DNA from: Aulosira sp. ZfuVER01
GTDB taxonomy: Bacteria; Cyanobacteriota; Cyanobacteriia; Cyanobacteriales; Nostocaceae
Assembly: GCA_034530615.2 (NCBI GenBank)
Contig: JAVRCV020000056.1
Span: 1 to 64,000 of the forward strand
DNA: 64,000 nt
Reading direction: 5' to 3'
The notes under the pieces were generated by a model. The model searched no databases. It saw nothing but the letters and a program-made list of their open reading frames with translations, and was not told the origin of the DNA. This document shows, piece after piece, positions 41,147 through 50,591 of this stretch. The first letter of the stretch is position 1. The number at the start of each line of letters is the position of its first letter. Position numbers and translations under genes: made by a program.

Positions 41147-41188
41147 AGAAGCGTTATCCTAATATAACTTGATAACTAGCGCATTAGT

Positions 41189-41446
41189 TCTCTTCTGTTC
41201 ACCGAGCCTGTAGACCTGTTAATCGGTAACTCCTACGGTAAGTACCTGTGGCGCGATTGTAAGGTTCCCCTCGTAAGAATTGGCTATCCCATCATGGATC
41301 GTCACCACCTGCACCGCTACAGCACCATCGGTTATCAAGGTGTAATCAACCTCCTCAACTGGGTTGTTAATACAATCTTCGAGGAAATCGATCACAACAC
41401 TAACATTCCTTCTAAGACCGACATTTCCTACGACTTGATTCGTTAA
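41189..41446 (+). CDS. nifK: Nitrogenase MoFe protein beta chain, 3' fragment (gene interrupted; no start codon)
   Basis: Not in ORF track; translates SLLFTEPVDLLIGNSYGKYLWRDCKVPLVRIGYPIMDRHHLHRYSTIGYQGVINLLNWVVNTIFEEIDHNTNIPSKTDISYDLIR*, the NifK C-terminus. Confidence 0.93.
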   Translation, partial: SLLFTEPVDLLIGNSYGKYLWRDCKVPLVRIGYPIMDRHHLHRYSTIGYQGVINLLNWVVNTIFEEIDHNTNIPSKTDISYDLIR

Positions 41447-41471
41447 GAATCACATTCACTCGCGACGTGTC

Positions 41472-41526
41472 TAAAAAGTAAAAAGTAAAAAGTTAAAAAG
41501 AAATATCTTTTTACTTTTTACTTTTT
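41472..41526 (+). terminator. Hairpin formed by inverted TAAAAAG/CTTTTTA heptamer arrays after nifK
   Basis: taaaaagtaaaaagtaaaaagttaaaaag-aaatat-ctttttactttttacttttt. Confidence 0.55.
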
Positions 41527-41548
41527 CCTCGTACCTGAAGTATTGATT

Positions 41549-41893
41549 ATGGAAACTATCACCAAACATCACTCTCATTCTCATCCTCATCCTCAGCCTA
41601 ACTACCATCCACCCAACTATAAACGCTCTGGTACTTTTGATATCTTGAATCCCTTGCGTCGGTTGGTTGATGGCATTACAGTAAAAAATGCTCGTTTTGC
41701 CCATATAATTTGTCAGGTAATACCTTGCTGTTGTCCCTTTGAGCGCAATATTCAATTATTAGGCAAGACTTTTCATATTCCCGCACTGTGCAAACTCAAT
41801 CCTTTGTATGATGAGTTTGTGATGTTGCGTTTTCGTGCGCTCTCTTATCTTGCAGATGAATGTGGAGAGGATGTCACAAAATACATTTGTTAG
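41549..41893 (+). CDS. Mo-dependent nitrogenase C-terminal domain protein
   Basis: ICQVIPCCCPFERNI..IPALCKLNPLYDE..LRFRALSYLADECGEDV; lies between nifK and nifE. Confidence 0.85.
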   Translation: METITKHHSHSHPHPQPNYHPPNYKRSGTFDILNPLRRLVDGITVKNARFAHIICQVIPCCCPFERNIQLLGKTFHIPALCKLNPLYDEFVMLRFRALSYLADECGEDVTKYIC

Positions 41894-42022
41894 AAATTAG
41901 TTGCTACTCATTACTCATTACCATTAGTCAAAAGTCATTAGTCATTGGTTATTAATTATTAATTATTAGTTATTCAAATGACAAATGACAAATAACAACT
42001 GCCATCCAGCAAGAGAAGAGAG

Positions 42023-42586
42023 ATGAAAATCACCCAAGGCAAAATTAACGAGCTGCTTAGTGAGCCAGGATGCGAACATAATCAGCACAAACAAAGCGAA
42101 AAGAAAAACAAGTCTTGTACCCAACAGGCGCAACCAGGCGCGGCTCAAGGGGGTTGTGCTTTTGATGGCGCAATGATTGCCTTAGTGCCAATTACTGATG
42201 CGGCTCATTTAGTCCACGGGCCGATCGCCTGTGCTGGTAATTCCTGGGGAAGTCGTGGTAGTCTCTCTTCAGGCCCCATGCTCTACAAAACGGGGTTTAC
42301 CACTGACTTAAGTGAAAATGATGTAATCTTTGGGGGCGAAAAGAAACTCTACAAAGCCATCCTCGAAATACATAAACGCTACAATCCAGCCGCAGTTTTT
42401 GTTTACGCTACCTGCGTGACTGCTTTGATTGGTGATGATATCGATGCTGTTTGCAAAACTGCGGCAGAAAAAATTGGCACTCCTGTTATTCCGGTAATTG
42501 CTCCGGGATTTATTGGGAGTAAAAATCTGGGTAATCGCTTTGGCGGTGAAGCTTTGCTGGAATATGTAGTAGGTACAGCAGAACCA
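42023..42586 (+). CDS. nifE: FeMo-cofactor scaffold protein NifE, 5' fragment (gene interrupted)
   Basis: [38 protein letters not shown]; homology stops after GTAEP and the frame ends at 42619. Confidence 0.93.
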
Positions 42587-42646
42587 CAACACTTACAACC
42601 ACACCTTGTTATGATATGATTTTGGGACTGATTTAAATAAATTCCC

Positions 42647-44053
42647 ATGAGAGTTTACGGTTACGCCCGCGTTAGCACGCAAGAACAAGCTGAGGAGTTT
42701 GACGCACTAAATCAGCAAATAGCTAGATTAAAGGCGGCGGGTGCAACGGAAGTATTAATAGATATTGAGTCGGGACGCAACGATGGGAGAAAACAGTATA
42801 ACGAGTTGCTCAAGTTGACGCAACAAAACCAAGTTGACGAAATTATCATAACTCGCGTCGATCGCTTAGGTAGGAGTGTGATAGCTATCCATAAGGCGAT
42901 CGATATTTTCGTGAAGCATAATGTTAATCTGCGAATATTGGATGCACCTGTCGATCCTAATTCCCCTTTCGGCTGGTTTAGTATTAATCAAATGTCTGGG
43001 TTGGCAGAATTTGAATCAAGGTTATTATCTCAGAGGATTAAGCATGGAAATAATTATTTTCGACAGCAACTAAAGTTTTGCAGTCCGCCATTTGGATATG
43101 CTAAAGACGAAAATCAGCGGTTAATTCCTAATAACAATATTCACGAAAAATCAGGGAAAACTTACTTTGAACTAGCTAAGATTATTATTGATTTAACACT
43201 CTCGATGCGATCGCTTAAGGATGTCTGCAATCATATTTACACTGAATACGAAGTAGTTTTTAGTGTTGCAGGCTTGCGAGATTGGGTGAAAAACCCGGCA
43301 CTGCAAGGACATACAGCTTATTTCGTCAAAAAGAAGAAAGGCGTTAATCGCGAACCAATCATAAATTTCAACACCCACGAAGCCTTAATTACCGCAGACA
43401 CAGTAGACGCAATCCAACGTAAGTTGTTAGCAAATAAGAAGTATCGCAGTTCCGCACAATCAACTCGTGGCGACTATCCCCTCGCAGGCTTAATTAAATG
43501 TGCCTATTGTGGGGGAGGTATGTATCGTAACTTTTCCCGCCACAAAACTAGAACCGAGTACATACGCTGCGTTAATTACAACAAACCGGGAAAGTATCAC
43601 TGCGAAAATTCCAAATGTACCCGACTGCGGGAAATTATCGCCCAGACGATCGCGGCTTTATGTGCAAATGCGCCGAATTTAATTGAGTATCTAGAAACTC
43701 AGTCAACCACAATGCAGGCGATTAATACCAAAGAAATCGAAAACTTAACCAATGAATTGTCCGTTATGCGGGGGCTACGCAGCTCCAACCCCGATATCAT
43801 TGAAGCGATCGCCAAAATCGAGGCGACAATTAACACCCTATCAAGTCCCACTAGAATTGTTGATAGGGATGCTTTTGAGAATGCTAAGAGGAAAATAGCG
43901 ATCGCATCTCAGGCTACATTCTGGGAATCTTTGGATGATTCGGAATTGCGATCGGCGTTGGCTGAGTTTGTCGAGAAGGTTGAGGTGGATTCGTCGGGGG
44001 ATATAACTCCTGCTTTTAAATTGCCATTAACCCTATCTTCAATGCGTCCGTAG
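42647..44053 (+). CDS. Large serine recombinase (nifE element)
   Basis: MRVYGYARVSTQEQ, ESGR, TRVDRLGRS, AEFESRLLSQR, PPFGY, KCAYCGG zinc ribbon. Confidence 0.9.
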   Translation: MRVYGYARVSTQEQAEEFDALNQQIARLKAAGATEVLIDIESGRNDGRKQYNELLKLTQQNQVDEIIITRVDRLGRSVIAIHKAIDIFVKHNVNLRILDAPVDPNSPFGWFSINQMSGLAEFESRLLSQRIKHGNNYFRQQLKFCSPPFGYAKDENQRLIPNNNIHEKSGKTYFELAKIIIDLTLSMRSLKDVCNHIYTEYEVVFSVAGLRDWVKNPALQGHTAYFVKKKKGVNREPIINFNTHEALITADTVDAIQRKLLANKKYRSSAQSTRGDYPLAGLIKCAYCGGGMYRNFSRHKTRTEYIRCVNYNKPGKYHCENSKCTRLREIIAQTIAALCANAPNLIEYLETQSTTMQAINTKEIENLTNELSVMRGLRSSNPDIIEAIAKIEATINTLSSPTRIVDRDAFENAKRKIAIASQATFWESLDDSELRSALAEFVEKVEVDSSGDITPAFKLPLTLSSMRP

Positions 44054-44479
44054 GTTTTGATGAACTCTTCGGGAGACATATCCCCAACCTTCAAGTCTCC
44101 GTAGTATTTTTCATAAGCTTCCAGCAACTTGTCACTGAGCATTTTTAGTACTTTTTGGGAATGTGTGGAAGTCATAAAACATTCTGTAGCGATGTTTTTA
44201 GATTATTTGTTGGCTGGAATTTTTCTGTTAGCAGTGAACGACTTGAAAATGCCAACATTGATGAAGCAACATCCTGAAAGCTCAAATTTTCACATTAGGT
44301 AGTAATGTTGACATTGTTTGTTGAGTCAAATTACTAACCTCTTTGAGTTATTTTTTAATTTAAGAATGAATTACTTTTTATAGTGCGATCGCAATAGTTT
44401 TACTTACATCCACAAAGACTTTGCGTAAGCACAATTATTATTTGAGAGAATTCCCAGCTTAAGCATATCTCAAATTTTT

Positions 44480-44580
44480 ATTCAGGGCTTTGAGTGAATT
44501 GTCAAAAGTAGCCAGGATGTTGCCGAAGCCGGAGCATCAGGAATGGCTGACGCAGATATCAGTACGGCATCGGTGGTCTT
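44480..44580 (+). pseudogene. Fragment of a PBP-like (molybdate-binding) domain of a VnfR-type regulator
   Basis: IQGFE*IVKSSQDVAEAGASGMADADISTASVV resembles the I.G.....SH..VA..VASG.ADAG motif; internal stop, no start. Confidence 0.45.
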
Positions 44581-44807
44581 GAGCGATCGCAACTATATCA
44601 AAATCAACACAATAGAGCGTATTAGATCGGTCGTTAATCAGGTAACAACATCAATGAGTAAGGGAAAAAGGGGAAAGGCTTGAATTCATTTCCCCCTTAA
44701 ACTTTTTTCAAAGCATAACAAACAGAGATGAAAATTGCTGCTTTGAACCTTGATTTGTAGGTATTTTAGGCTAACAATAGCTGTCGATTTTCTTAAAAAA
44801 AAGTCTT

Positions 44808-44888
44808 AATATAGCAATCCTTGTAAGAGTTACAAACATCTCTCTTTCTTGTCACCTTCGTTCCTATATCAAATAGGATTGCTATATT
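44808..44888. mobile_element. MITE-like element with 14-bp terminal inverted repeats
   Basis: aatatagcaatcct...aggattgctatatt immediately downstream of modA. Confidence 0.6.
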
Positions 44889-44893
44889 GAAAA

Positions 44894-45688
44894 TTAAGGC
44901 AGAATAAAGCCGTATTTTTGGAGTACTGCTTTAGCTTGACTGCTAGAGAGAAATTTGGCAAAATCCTTGGCAGCATCAGCATTTTTGCTACTTTTAAGGA
45001 CTGCAAGTGGATAAACAATCGCAGAATGATATTTTTCGTCAGCCGCCACTACAACTTTTACCTTATCGGAAATTTTGGCATCAGTGATATAAACTAAACC
45101 TGCATCAGCGTTGCCACTTTCTACAGATGCTAGTACTTGACGTACATTGTTAGCGTAAACCAATTTTGACTTGACCTGTGGCAAAAGTTTGAGCTTCTGA
45201 AGTACTTGCTCACCATATTGTCCTGCGGGTACACTTCTAGGTTCACCAATGGCAATTTTCTTAATTTTGGCGTCTTTGAGGTTGTAGAAGCTGGTGATGC
45301 CCACAACATTTTTAGGTACTATCAAAACCAGACGGTTCTTAGCCAAGATAGAACGTGTTCCAGATAGTAAGAGTCCTTTTTCTTCTAGAGCATCCACTTG
45401 CTTTTTAGCAGCCGAAATAAAGATATCTGCGGGCGCACCCTGCTCAATCTGTTGCTGCAATGCACCAGAAGCCCCAAAATTATAATTAATGTTGGTCTTT
45501 GGTTGAGTTTGTTGGTAAAGAGGCTTAAGCTCTTCCAGCGCATCTTTCAAACTGGCGGCGGCTGACACAAGAAGCTTGGCCTGTGACTGTGCTAATACAG
45601 GTGAGGGAGCAACTGCTGGTAAACAAGTGGTTACTAGCACACTAGCAACTGCTGTACTAATTAAGGTAAGAATTCGTCTTCTGTTCAT
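44894..45688 (-). CDS. modA: Molybdate ABC transporter substrate-binding protein
   Basis: VSAAASLKDA, NFGASGALQQQIEQGAPADIFISA, VPAGQY, ADAGLVY. Confidence 0.93.
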   Translation of the reverse strand: MNRRRILTLISTAVASVLVTTCLPAVAPSPVLAQSQAKLLVSAAASLKDALEELKPLYQQTQPKTNINYNFGASGALQQQIEQGAPADIFISAAKKQVDALEEKGLLLSGTRSILAKNRLVLIVPKNVVGITSFYNLKDAKIKKIAIGEPRSVPAGQYGEQVLQKLKLLPQVKSKLVYANNVRQVLASVESGNADAGLVYITDAKISDKVKVVVAADEKYHSAIVYPLAVLKSSKNADAAKDFAKFLSSSQAKAVLQKYGFILP

Positions 45689-45761
45689 AGAAAAAACTAC
45701 AAGCCAAAGATTTGTTTATAAAATTGACACTTGGTAAAATCGTACAAGATAACCAAAATAT

Positions 45762-46080
45762 TACCAACTTAATTGGTGATGCTATTTAAGATATTACACA
45801 GTCTTAATCAGTACTCCTCAGCATCACTATAATTACCAACTCCACCGTTTCACTATTACTCTGCACTCCTGAATAAGCTTAGTTTTTAGCATTTGTTTTG
45901 GTATTGTAAATGCTTGGTGTTTGCAAATTGGTAACTAGTGCTACATTTTTTCCAACTTAATTGGTATAAGTTGTATACCAACTAAATTGGTTTAGATAGA
46001 CAACCGTAATACTGCGAGAAACGTAGTGTGATGGTTGCAATAGCTGTAATTCTTGTTACTTTATACCAACTATGTTGGTC
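45762..46080. promoter_or_regulatory. Four palindromic T(A/T)CCAACT-N3-TTGG operators (45762, 45950, 45976, 46064) plus a half site (45834)
   Basis: taccaacttaattggtg, ttccaacttaattggta, taccaactaaattggtt, taccaactatgttggtc in the modA/porin divergent region. Confidence 0.8.
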
Positions 46081-46095
46081 AAATATATTTGAGGT

Positions 46096-47934
46096 GTGAG
46101 GGTAATGTCCACTTTTGTACGGTCTTCGTTGTTACTACTGCTAGCTAGTATGATGACAGCTAAAGCTGCATCAGCAACTCCAGCGGGAGGAGATACCAAG
46201 CAATTACAAGCTGATAGCCAACTAAATAATTCACAGACAGAACTATCCCAACAGAGTCAGCAGGTTCCAGATGACAACGCACAACCAAGCTCTTTGATGG
46301 ATCAGGTAACATCAGTATCGCAACTCTCTGATGTGCAACCGACAGATTGGGCCTTTCAAGCTTTACAGTCTTTAGTTGAGCGCTATGGTTGTATTGCTGG
46401 ATATCCAGACAGCAGCTTTCGAGGTAATCGCGCAATGACTCGCTATGAGTTTGCAGCAGGTTTGAATGCTTGTTTGAATAGAGTCAACGAACTGATTGCG
46501 ACTGGTACAGCCGACTTAGTAAGCAAGCAAGACTTGGAAACTCTGCAAAAATTGCAACAAGAGTTTGCTGATGGATTAGTAGAACTGCGGGGAAGGTTGG
46601 ATGGTTTAGAAGGTCGTACTGATACCTTAGAAAGTCAACAATTTTCCACTACTACCAAGTTGAATGGAGAGGTAATTTTCAGTGTTGGTGGTGTATTTGG
46701 TGAAGATAGAGCATTAAACTCAGATGTTTGGAACGAAATTAATGCTAGGCCCGCAGGCGCAACCAGGGAGGCTTTCACAAACAATCAGTATGCAGCATCA
46801 GGAGGACGAAGGTTACAAGATAGAGCAGTTTTTAGCGATCGCATCCGACTCAATTTAATTACTAGCTTTACTGGTAAAGACCAATTATTTACTCGTTTAG
46901 AAGCCAATAACACCATTGCCTTTAGTGGTGCTGTCACAGGTACAAACATGACTCGCACATCCTGGGACACCACTAATAATGCTGACAACAGTGTTCAGTT
47001 AGGTAAGTTATTTTATCGCTTTCCTGTAGGCGATCGCCTCAACGTGATTGTGGATGCCATTGGTGGAGAATTTTACGACAACTTCAATACATTGAACCCC
47101 TTGTTGTCTTCAACTCCTGTTGGTTCTTTGTCTCGCTTCGGTCGCTTTTCTCCGATTTATCGCGCAAGTAACACTGGTTCTGGTAGCAATATAGGTTCAG
47201 GTGTAAGTGCGATTTTCAAGTTGAGTGACACAATCACTTTATCAGGTGGTTATCTGGCTCGCAGAGCTAACGATCCGATTTCTGGAAAGGGCTTATTTGA
47301 CGGTAGTTATGGCGCATTAGCCCAATTGGCATTTCAGCCAAACAAAAACTTTAACCTTGGTTTGACTTATGCTCACTCCTACCTCAGAGGTGCGAACAAT
47401 GATGGTGATGTCGTAGTTTCCGGAGCCTATGGGAGTGCATTTGCGAACAATCCCTTTAACTCTACTGCGACTACTCCGGTTAACACTACCGCCAATCACT
47501 ACGGCTTAGAAGCTAACTATCGTTTTAGCCCACAATTTACCCTTGCAGGTTGGGTTGGATATACTCAGGCGATCGCAGAAAATAGTTCTGGTGCTAATGT
47601 TAATCGTGGCGATAAAGCAGATATTTGGAATTGGGCAGTTACTTTCGCCTTTCCCGACCTAGGTAAAAAGGGTAATTTAGGGGGTATCATCTTTGGACAA
47701 CCGCCGAAGGTAACTGGTAACGACTTTGGAACGAATACTGTTACTGCAACAAATCTTGTACCTGACAGACGTATAGACACTGATACCTCTTTCCATTTAG
47801 AGGCTTTATATCGTTATCAAGTTAATAGCAATCTTTCAATTACGCCAGGATTGATTGTGATATTTAATCCAGAGCATAACAGCGATAACGACACCATCTA
47901 TACAGGTGTTCTTCGCACTACATTCCGCTTCTAA
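46096..47934 (+). CDS. SLH-domain OprB-type outer-membrane porin
   Basis: QVTSVSQLSDVQPTDWAFQALQSLVERYGC, QFSTTTKLNGE, C-terminal RTTFRF. Confidence 0.92.
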   Translation: MRVMSTFVRSSLLLLLASMMTAKAASATPAGGDTKQLQADSQLNNSQTELSQQSQQVPDDNAQPSSLMDQVTSVSQLSDVQPTDWAFQALQSLVERYGCIAGYPDSSFRGNRAMTRYEFAAGLNACLNRVNELIATGTADLVSKQDLETLQKLQQEFADGLVELRGRLDGLEGRTDTLESQQFSTTTKLNGEVIFSVGGVFGEDRALNSDVWNEINARPAGATREAFTNNQYAASGGRRLQDRAVFSDRIRLNLITSFTGKDQLFTRLEANNTIAFSGAVTGTNMTRTSWDTTNNADNSVQLGKLFYRFPVGDRLNVIVDAIGGEFYDNFNTLNPLLSSTPVGSLSRFGRFSPIYRASNTGSGSNIGSGVSAIFKLSDTITLSGGYLARRANDPISGKGLFDGSYGALAQLAFQPNKNFNLGLTYAHSYLRGANNDGDVVVSGAYGSAFANNPFNSTATTPVNTTANHYGLEANYRFSPQFTLAGWVGYTQAIAENSSGANVNRGDKADIWNWAVTFAFPDLGKKGNLGGIIFGQPPKVTGNDFGTNTVTATNLVPDRRIDTDTSFHLEALYRYQVNSNLSITPGLIVIFNPEHNSDNDTIYTGVLRTTFRF

Positions 47935-47997
47935 TTCAACCCCAATTCGAGTAGTGCGAATTTTTTCAATATTCAATAGTAAACGGAGAAATGTTTT

Positions 47998-48675
47998 ATG
48001 CGTTTTAGCCGCAAGATACCTATTGCATCTTTAATACTATCGATACTGGTTTTATGGCAGCCTACTTTAGCTGACTCCAGGGCTGATGTTCCTTGGAATC
48101 GAGAAGAAACACCATCTATTTGGTGGAATAAAAATAAGTGTACTGGAGGCTTTTCGCAAAGTTTTCGCTTGGGTGGAGAACTCAATAATCCAACCACCTA
48201 TAACTTGCAAAACCTGAGAAATTTGCGAGATGCTTTAAAAAACCAAAATCCCGCAATAGTTACGGAAATCACTGTTAGCTTTCAAACAGGCTCAGGCCCA
48301 CGCACAGAAACATACTATGGAGTTCCCCTCTGGGAGTTGATTAATAATCCACAAGCCGCAGGTGGTCTAAAACCTGGGAATTCTGGGGTGAATTCTAAAA
48401 ACTCTTTTCTGAGGCAATATGTTCTAGTTGAAGCCACAGATTGTTATGGTGCAGTTGTAGCTATTGGTGAAATTCAACCGAACTTTGAAGGAAAAACAGT
48501 GCTAGTTGCATTTGAAAAAAAAGGTAGTGATGGTAAAGTCACAACTTTAATAGATGAAGGATTTGCTCGCTTAGTAGTTCCTCTTGACAAAGCTGGAGGT
48601 CGTTACGTTAGTAATGTGAGAAATATTCTCGTCTTTTCTGCTCCTCCATCTCCTTTGAAACCAAAAGATTTCTGA
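47998..48675 (+). CDS. Secreted molybdopterin-oxidoreductase-like domain protein
   Basis: Signal peptide; YYGVPLWELI, VEATDCY, ARLVVPLDKAGGRYVSNV resemble the sulfite-oxidase-type Moco-binding fold. Confidence 0.65.
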   Translation: MRFSRKIPIASLILSILVLWQPTLADSRADVPWNREETPSIWWNKNKCTGGFSQSFRLGGELNNPTTYNLQNLRNLRDALKNQNPAIVTEITVSFQTGSGPRTETYYGVPLWELINNPQAAGGLKPGNSGVNSKNSFLRQYVLVEATDCYGAVVAIGEIQPNFEGKTVLVAFEKKGSDGKVTTLIDEGFARLVVPLDKAGGRYVSNVRNILVFSAPPSPLKPKDF

Positions 48676-48771
48676 TAACTTTTTCTACCTTTGTGATTAA
48701 AGACGCTGCACGAACGGAGAGTTATTTCCGTTATCGGGGTAATAGTAAGTTAAAAAAAATGTGACAGATGG

Positions 48772-48800
48772 GTAAGGGCACAACAATGTTGTGCCCTTAC
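48772..48800. repeat. Perfect palindromic dispersed repeat
   Basis: gtaagggcacaaca-a-tgttgtgcccttac. Confidence 0.75.
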
Positions 48801-49085
48801 GAATAATTTATCTTTTGCAAACATTATTTGAATTAGGATAACTTCTTATCTGCGTAATCAGCTACTGTGTTTTCATCATCTTGGTTGCAATATGTAATTC
48901 TCAAGTACTATTTACCTGACGCCAGTTTAATTACTATTACTTATAGCTGTAAGCATTTTCACTTGAAAAATCTGACATATTCAGATAGAATCTTCATATA
49001 ATCAAGTAGTTCTATCAATTTAACTTAGTATTTTAAATATTTATGAATAAATTGCCAAAGTTGTATAACTATTGCCTTGTCCAAT

Positions 49086-49889
49086 ATGAAACAAATTAAA
49101 TTTGTAAATAATGCTGGAAAAATAACTGCACTTTTATTTTTAATCACAATTTTACTGACACCTTTTGTGGTTGTAAATGCTGGAGAACGCGGAGTTTTAA
49201 TGCAGTTTGGCAAGGTTCAGGAAACAGTATTGGGCGAAGGAATACATATTATAATTCCCATTGTCAATACAGTTAAAAAAATCAGTGTCAGAGTTCAAAA
49301 ACAAGAAATCTCTGCTGAAGCTTCTTCTAAGGATTTGCAAGATGTTTTTACAGATGTAGCATTAAACTGGCACGCTATTCCGGAAGAAACTAATATAATG
49401 TTTCAAGAAATAGGTGATGAAAAAGCTTTAGTTGATAAAATTATCAATCCTGCGGTAGAAGAAGTTTTAAAAGCTATTATAGCAAGGTATACAGCAGAAG
49501 AAGTAGTTACTAAACGAGGAGAAGTAAAATCTGGTGTTGATGATACTTTAAAAGCGAGATTGCATGACTACCATATTGCGGTTGATGATATTTCTCTGGT
49601 TCATGTCAATTTTTCGGATAAGTTTAGTGAAGCAGTTGAGGCAAAACAAATTGCAGAACAAGATGCCAAACGAGCAGATTTTATAGCACTAAAAGCAGCA
49701 AAACAAGCAGAAGCTAAGGTTAATTTAGCTAGGGGAGAAGCAGAAATAAACAGATTACTACGTGATAGTTTGACTAATGAGATTTTAGAAAGGCAAGCAA
49801 TAGAAAAATGGGATGGTAAATTACCTTTGATTATGTCTAAAGATGCTCCTAAGCTTTTAAATATGAATGAAATTTTAAAATTAAAGTAA
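49086..49889 (+). CDS. Prohibitin/SPFH family protein
   Basis: VNAGERGVLMQFG, SKDLQDV, AVEAKQIAEQ, IEKWDGKLP. Confidence 0.9.
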   Translation: MKQIKFVNNAGKITALLFLITILLTPFVVVNAGERGVLMQFGKVQETVLGEGIHIIIPIVNTVKKISVRVQKQEISAEASSKDLQDVFTDVALNWHAIPEETNIMFQEIGDEKALVDKIINPAVEEVLKAIIARYTAEEVVTKRGEVKSGVDDTLKARLHDYHIAVDDISLVHVNFSDKFSEAVEAKQIAEQDAKRADFIALKAAKQAEAKVNLARGEAEINRLLRDSLTNEILERQAIEKWDGKLPLIMSKDAPKLLNMNEILKLK

Positions 49890-49986
49890 TTTGGCTATAG
49901 CAAGCCTATTTCAGTTGTGAAAAACAATCAGTGTTGACAGTCTGTATTCGATATTCCACAAATTATTTATAAAATTTATATAAAAT

Positions 49987-50012
49987 AACCCAGTATGGTG
50001 AACTGGGTTTTT
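49987..50012. terminator. Hairpin between convergent genes
   Basis: aacccagt-atggtga-actgggtt followed by T run. Confidence 0.6.
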
Positions 50013-50014
50013 CA

Positions 50015-50443
50015 TTAACTACCAGAGAAGAAACTAGGAGTATCGAGAATTTTAAAATGGATTAATGCCATAATCAAAAATGTATAGGCAGTTGAAGAAA
50101 CTAAACCTGTCAATAGTTCTTTTTTGACATTACGTTCTTGAGTTTGTTTTTGTAACATATCAATTGCACCTGCTTGCATCAATAGAATACCAATAATGTT
50201 AGATAGCCAGTAACCAATGATGACACCAGGCATAAGTAATTTAGGTGCAAAAAGACTACAAATATAACCGAAAAAATAAGCAATTGGTAAATTGAATACT
50301 AAATCATTCCACCAGCATAATGGTGATAATAAATATCCAATCACTAAGAAAAATCCACCTCTGAGCTTCTGGAGTAATGTTTTAGGTAAATTTTCTGGAG
50401 TTGGTGATAACAACTCTTGACCACTCTCTTTGATTTCATTCAT
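50015..50443 (-). CDS. Hypothetical membrane protein
   Basis: GYLLSPLCWWNDLVFNLPIAY; several hydrophobic segments. Confidence 0.75.
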   Translation of the reverse strand: MNEIKESGQELLSPTPENLPKTLLQKLRGGFFLVIGYLLSPLCWWNDLVFNLPIAYFFGYICSLFAPKLLMPGVIIGYWLSNIIGILLMQAGAIDMLQKQTQERNVKKELLTGLVSSTAYTFLIMALIHFKILDTPSFFSGS

Positions 50444-50591
50444 ATTTGTACACTATTTCTACCAACTAACCGTACTTTAAAACAAAAATTTCAAAAAGTC
50501 TAGAGTCACACAGAAATTTAAATTCCAAAAACCTGTTAATTGTAAGTAAAGTTTCTGTATTAATAAACTCTGTAATTACAACTGAAAATTT

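Larger units (their letters stand above)
1..41188. mobile_element. Right portion of a putative nifK-interrupting element (left end outside window)
   Basis: nifK homology begins abruptly at ~41187 next to the recombinase; no nifK 5' part found to the left; extent is inferred. Confidence 0.55.

Noticed and set aside
42587..42619. NifE C-terminal residues [10 protein letters not shown]
   Set aside because: Read-through into element DNA, not NifE sequence
41147..42646. Heterocyst DIF1 (TCCGGA) promoter motif near the recombinase genes
   Set aside because: Only inexact matches inside nifE coding sequence, at unsuitable spacing
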